From NCBI GenBank assembly GCA_964016885.1, contig OZ024741.1, forward strand, positions 1,798,001-1,862,000: 64,000 nucleotides of DNA. The letters run 5' to 3'. Under the pieces are notes generated by a model, which saw only the letters and a program-made list of their open reading frames with translations, was not told the origin of the DNA and searched no databases. Below, piece after piece: positions 59,447-64,000 of the stretch. The translations under genes and the position numbers were made by a program. The first letter of the stretch is position 1; every line of letters begins with the position of its first letter. The DNA comes from Eledone cirrhosa (lineage: Eukaryota).

Positions 59447-59690
59447 ACTACTCTAACCTGTTCTATAACAATATTTGTTTCATCATTGATGAAATAATAA
59501 CACCTGCTTCATTAAATCGGATTAAACTTTACGGTTTCCTGAACTAAATACACAGGTAATCTGAACACTGGAAGCCTGAAATCATACACAGTCCCCCACC
59601 CCCACCAAATACATACTTGTACATCTACACACTCACAGGCAATCACATATATGCACACAAACATATACACATACACACGTAATCACACAC

Positions 59691-59691
<1 letters not shown>

Positions 59692-59757
<66 letters not shown>
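59692..59757. repeat. (TA)n microsatellite preceded by a degenerate (CA)-rich tract
   Basis: Direct reading. Confidence 0.95.
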
Positions 59758-59760
<3 letters not shown>

Positions 59761-59929
59761 TTGGCTCTATGAACTAGTCGTGTAAAAGCTCGTAGGTATC
59801 AGAAATAATATGCTTCACTGAGGAAACCTATAAGACTGAAACATGTCAGAATTTGTCACTATATCTCTACCAGAGTCGAAACTAATCAGATTGCAAGTAA
59901 AACAACCGAAAGTTTTAGTAAAATAGAAA

Positions 59930-60120
59930 TAAAGAGAGAGACAGTGTAGGAGTGAAAAAAATGGAGAAGAGGGGGAGATACAGCGAAAGAGAGGGAGAGA
60001 AAGAGGAGAGAGAGAGAAAAGAGATACACAGAGAGATGGATATAGTACAGAGTGAAACAGAGGGAGAGAGGGGGGAGATGGATCTATAAAGATAAGAGTA
60101 ATGATGAGGTTGAGAGACAA
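59930..60120. repeat. Degenerate (GA)-rich polypurine tract
   Basis: Almost exclusively A/G on the + strand. Confidence 0.8.
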
Positions 60121-60766
60121 CAGGAACTATATAATGATATATAGAGATCGAAGCATATACACATTTGTCACCATGACTACCAAAGACCTGTCTTATTCAG
60201 TTTTTAATTAATATAAAGTTTGAAGTTATCTCCTTTGCCTTTCTTTACAAGAACTAATAATAAATCTACTAATTTTTATCTTCTTTACGTGTGTCGTTTT
60301 AATTAATTAAAACTTTGGTTTGCACAGGCTATGCACACAGTTTGTTAGACACTATGATATATATATATGCACACACATGCCTATATATACACATGCACAT
60401 GTGTACATGTATATATATATATATATATATATGAATGAAAAATAGAGCAAGAAACCAGGACTATCCGTCATCAGTGATCATCTGACTATCATCGGTGTTT
60501 CTTCGCATTAAAGATCAGATACCTCTAAGTCAGTGCGAGTAATAACTAAAATAAGTTATTGGGATAAAAAGAATTGGGTGGAGAAAGAGAGGCATGTAAA
60601 CAAACAAATTGGTAAGGCAACGTAAAGAGAGGAAAATGAGAAAACAAGTCAATGACGAGAAGAAGAAGTAGAAGAAGAAGGAGGACGCGTCCGAACCCTG
60701 CGAAATGTGAGCGAGAAAAGGATTTCATAAGTATCACATTCGCAACAACACAGCACGCCATTTTTC

Positions 60767-60805
<39 letters not shown>

Positions 60806-60878
60806 AATGTATCCATCCATAATACGCACACACATACATATAAATTTATATACAATAATTTCATATATATATATATAT

Positions 60879-61023
60879 ACGTCAATACTCATCTTTTTCC
60901 ATTTCTCCGAGGGTTCTTAACGCCACTATCAAGCTAAATAATTTCTTTAATTTCTTTAGTCAAAATACGGCGATAGCTTACATTTATAATAATTTCAAAC
61001 CCGCTCGCTGTTTCGAAAATATT

Positions 61024-61026
<3 letters not shown>
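60879..61026 (+). mobile_element. Second, more diverged and 5'-truncated copy of the SINE-like element, embedded in (TA)n
   Basis: ACGTCAATACTCATCTTTTTCCATTT...AAAATACGGCGA...TAATTTCAAACC.GCTC.CTGTTTC matches 58675-58815. Lacks the tRNA head; (TA)n on both sides; small internal AATTTCTTT duplication. Confidence 0.8.
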
Positions 61027-61076
<50 letters not shown>

Positions 61077-61299
61077 GAAAAAGTGGAGAATAACATGGTC
61101 AACAGTACAAAAAAGGGGATTTATTTACAGTCTAACAATTGTTTCACCGATAAAGATGTCTAAAAATTGCTGAACACTAGAAGCAGTTCCATTTAATTTT
61201 AAATAAGATGTTAGCTCGATCAGATCTTCAGAAACTGCTAATTGAAAATATATGTAACCGGCAAATTTACAAATTCAAATTACATCATCTATAATAATA

Positions 61300-62060
61300 T
61301 TAATAATAAAGATATAGAGAGAAAAGAAGGAAGAAGAGGAGATAGATACAGTAAAAAAAGAAAGGAAAGGAAAAAGAAAAAAGAAGGGAAAAAAAGAAGA
61401 GAAAGAGAAAAAAGAAGAAAAAGGAGAAATTATTACAGAGAAAAAAATATATATAAAGAGAAGAAAAATGTATAGAGAAAATAATCAGAGACAGAGGAGA
61501 GACAAGCATAATTAAACATAACGTAAGATAGAAAGAAAAATAGAGGGGGAAATAAATGAATAAATGTAAATAAAAATAAAAATAAATATATAAAAATATA
61601 TTAAAAAATTGATAAAAAAATTGATAAATAAATAAATAAATAAATTGCATCTAATGTGATATAAAGTGGTATAAAATGTGAAAATGAAAAATGAAAATAA
61701 TACGCAAAAGAAACAAAAATTTGCGAAGAATATTTAAACATATTAAAATTATTGAGATTGGTTTTTGAGAATTATTAGAATATATGTAGAGATATGAAGG
61801 TAAAAATATGATAATGTTAAATATATTTATGTGTGTATTGGTTATTTTAACAAATAAATTAATTAATTAGCTTTAAGTTATATTATATGATAAAATAGAA
61901 TGACAGAGATGAAATAAATTTAGGGAGATAAATATAAATATAGAGAGTGAAAGATAGAGATATATAAAATAAGAATGTAAATATAAAAGATTTTGATGTT
62001 CTTTGATAGATGGTGATAATTATAATTATAATCATAATCATAATGATGATGATGCTGATA
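61300..62060. repeat. A-rich / AT-rich low-complexity region ((GAAA)-like, (TAAA)n, (ATA/ATG)n)
   Basis: Composition only; the ORFs here are poly-K/R or poly-F/Y artefacts. Confidence 0.8.
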
Positions 62061-62069
62061 ATTATAATA

Positions 62070-63796
62070 TTTTTTCCCCGGTACTAAGTATTATTTCCTG
62101 GTTTTTTATATCCCATTATTATAAGAAAACACTATTATTTAATTAGAAGTTTGGGTTTGTGGTTAGAAGTTTGATATTTCGAAATTTTCATATTTTTCAA
62201 GAAAAAACACATTTAAAAAAAATTTATCAGTTCATATAATTAAATCAACAGAGTATACATTTATTTTATTACACAAGCTTATCAACAGCAAACAAGTAAA
62301 AACAAATAACACTTATAAAGCAACTTATACACGTCAGAAATGACTGGATTTCCTGGATTTGCGGTTGTAGTCCAGGTCGCATTCCCGCACTAACCCCCAG
62401 ATATAGTCCCCCATCATTTTTTCATTGTAGTGGCCCTGGTATCTCCGCTCTATCTCTTTCACATCTTGGTGGAATCGTTCGCCTTGTTCTTCTGAGTAGG
62501 CGCCCATATTGTCCTTGAATTTTTCCAGGTGAGCGTCCAGCATATGGAGTTTCAGCGACATCCTGCATCCCATGGCGCCAAAAGCCTTTATCAGATCCTG
62601 CACAAGTTGCTGGTAGTTTTCAGCTCTGTAGTTGCCCAGGAAGCCCTTAACAACTGCCTTGAAACAATTCCATGCTGTTCTCTCAATCCTATTGAGCTTT
62701 TTGGAGAACTCGGTAGACTCAAACACCTTCTTTATCTGAGGTCAAACGAAAATTCCACCTTTGATTTTGGCCTCAGATAACTTGGGGAAGAACTCAAGAA
62801 TGTACTTAAAAGCGGCTGATTCTTGGTTGAGAGCCTTCACAAACTGCTTCATCAACCCCAACTTAATGTGCAGTGGCGGCATGAGCACAATCCTGGGATC
62901 AACCAGTGGCTCCCACATGACGTTCCGGGTCCCAACTACAAATTCTGTTCGCTGCTCCCAATTCTTTCTTTTGTAGTGGTCAGAGGTGGCTCTGCTGTCC
63001 CAAAGGCAGAGGAAGCATTGGAATTTGATAAAGCCTCCTTGGAGTCCAAGCAGGAAAGCCACCATCTTGAAGTCTCCAATGATTTCCCAATTGTACTGGT
63101 TGTATTGCAGAGCTTCCAAGAGGACTTTCACACTGTAGTAATCTTCCTTCAGGCAGACTAAATGAGCTAGGGGCAGTGTCGGGAACTTGTTTTCATTGTG
63201 GAGGAGGACAGCCTTCAAACTTGTGGTGGAGCTGTCTATAAATAGCCGACCCTCCTTGGGCACAAACGGCACCCCAATAACGTCAAACAGTCCAGGCACG
63301 CCATGGCAGAAGCAGAGGCCATCCCTAAGAGTGTAAAAGCCTGAGAAAGGTTCGTGTCGACTTCTCTGACTTGTCACCTGCACTTCCTCCTTGACCAAGT
63401 TCCACTGCTTCATCCTGGAGACGAATGCTTAAAACACAACATACCCTTTATTCAGGGTGCGAAAATCCAGTATCAATAAATCTCTTTAATCCACTTTTTA
63501 ACAATTTTATACTTTATTGCACTTTTATAATTTTCTTTAGGTATTACTCTTTATTTTATAATTTTAATTTAACCTGAAACATATATAAAAAAATCATTTA
63601 ACATAAGAAAATTAAGCTTACATACAACGTAAAATCCAGCATACAAATAATTCTAGTGAATAGCTTAGAATTTTTACAAACCCAAACTTTTAACTGTTTA
63701 ATAGCTCTTTTTTTTAAATTTATTTGGGACCTAAGCAACACAAAAAAGTGATTACAAGCCAGGAACAGCGAAACAAATTTTTATTGTTACACGCTA
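62070..63796 (-). mobile_element. Chapaev3-type DNA transposon, internally deleted, with imperfect terminal inverted repeats
   Basis: Transposase pseudogene inside. Inverted match of 24/29 between 62132-62160 (CTATTATTTAATTAGAAGTTTGGGTTTGT) and 63676-63704, with weaker inverted similarity further out (TCCCA, TTCCTGG). Right end ...TTGTTACACGCTA followed by TAA. Exact termini uncertain. Confidence 0.7.
62334..63428 (-). pseudogene. Chapaev3 (Transib/RAG1-related) DDE transposase, N-terminally truncated, one in-frame nonsense codon
   Basis: Motifs SRMKQWNL, RLFIDSS..SLKAVLLHN, GDFKMVAFLLGLQGG, CFLCLWDSR, PPLHIKLGLMKQFVKA, AKIKGGIFV*PQI, FLGN, MSLKLHMLDAH, SEEQGERFHQD, RYQG, MMGDYIW. ORFs 62742-63413 and 62334-62726 are in the same frame, separated by TGA (62744-62742) where Gly is expected in FVGPQI. 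Confidence 0.9.
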
Positions 63797-64000
63797 TAAT
63801 GTGATATTATAGATCCAAGTGGTACAATCTGGGTTATGGAATAGATAAGATGGAATTAAACTGGTCTAAAGTTCTCGAATTTGGTTGCCGATTTATGTAG
63901 ACAAAAAATAGTTCTTTCAATTTTACTGATGAGAAGAATTTTGTTATAATTTAAAATTTGGAAAAGCTCCATATTACAGAGACTGCAGTGGGACATACCA

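Noticed and set aside
58273-61650. ORFs of poly-IY, ER, LS, K/R or F/Y type
   Set aside because: Translations of microsatellite and low-complexity tracts.
57635-62744. Single in-frame TGA in both the Tx1 and Chapaev3 ORFs, suggesting recoding or an alternative genetic code
   Set aside because: One replaces an expected Trp and the other an expected Gly; both are single-base nonsense changes in truncated TE copies.
63850-63925. Minus-strand peptide IFCLHKSATKFENFRPV resembling the LINE RT 'K..G....NYRPI' motif
   Set aside because: Very short, followed by a stop, at the window edge; BLASTX with more flank would be needed.

Overview
Eukaryotic, repeat-only genomic DNA with no intact host gene, rRNA, functional tRNA or CRISPR array. 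It is probably from an invertebrate animal; a cephalopod is my unverified guess from repeat style. Bases 1-54938 (~86% of the window) are one uninterrupted head-to-tail satellite of a 43-bp monomer (consensus GGTATATAGTATATAGACTGGTGTTACCT[G/C]TCCTGGGTATATT, ~1,270 copies), with nested multi-monomer duplications of ~1.26, ~3.7, ~4.1 and ~13.1 kb. The array ends sharply at a 15-bp minisatellite next to the 3' end of a decayed CRE-clade non-LTR retrotransposon (minus strand). The remaining ~9 kb is a transposon graveyard with (TA)n/(TC)n microsatellites. It holds a 5'-truncated L1/Tx1 element with a candidate 10-bp TSD, a ~135-bp-arm palindrome built from a tRNA-derived SINE-like element, a second copy of that SINE, and an internally deleted Chapaev3-type (Transib/RAG1-related) DNA transposon. 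All ORF-track hits inside the satellite and microsatellites are artefacts. I find no convincing evidence of a new biological system. The best leads are the satellite's architecture, the satellite/minisatellite/CRE junction and the tRNA-SINE palindrome.
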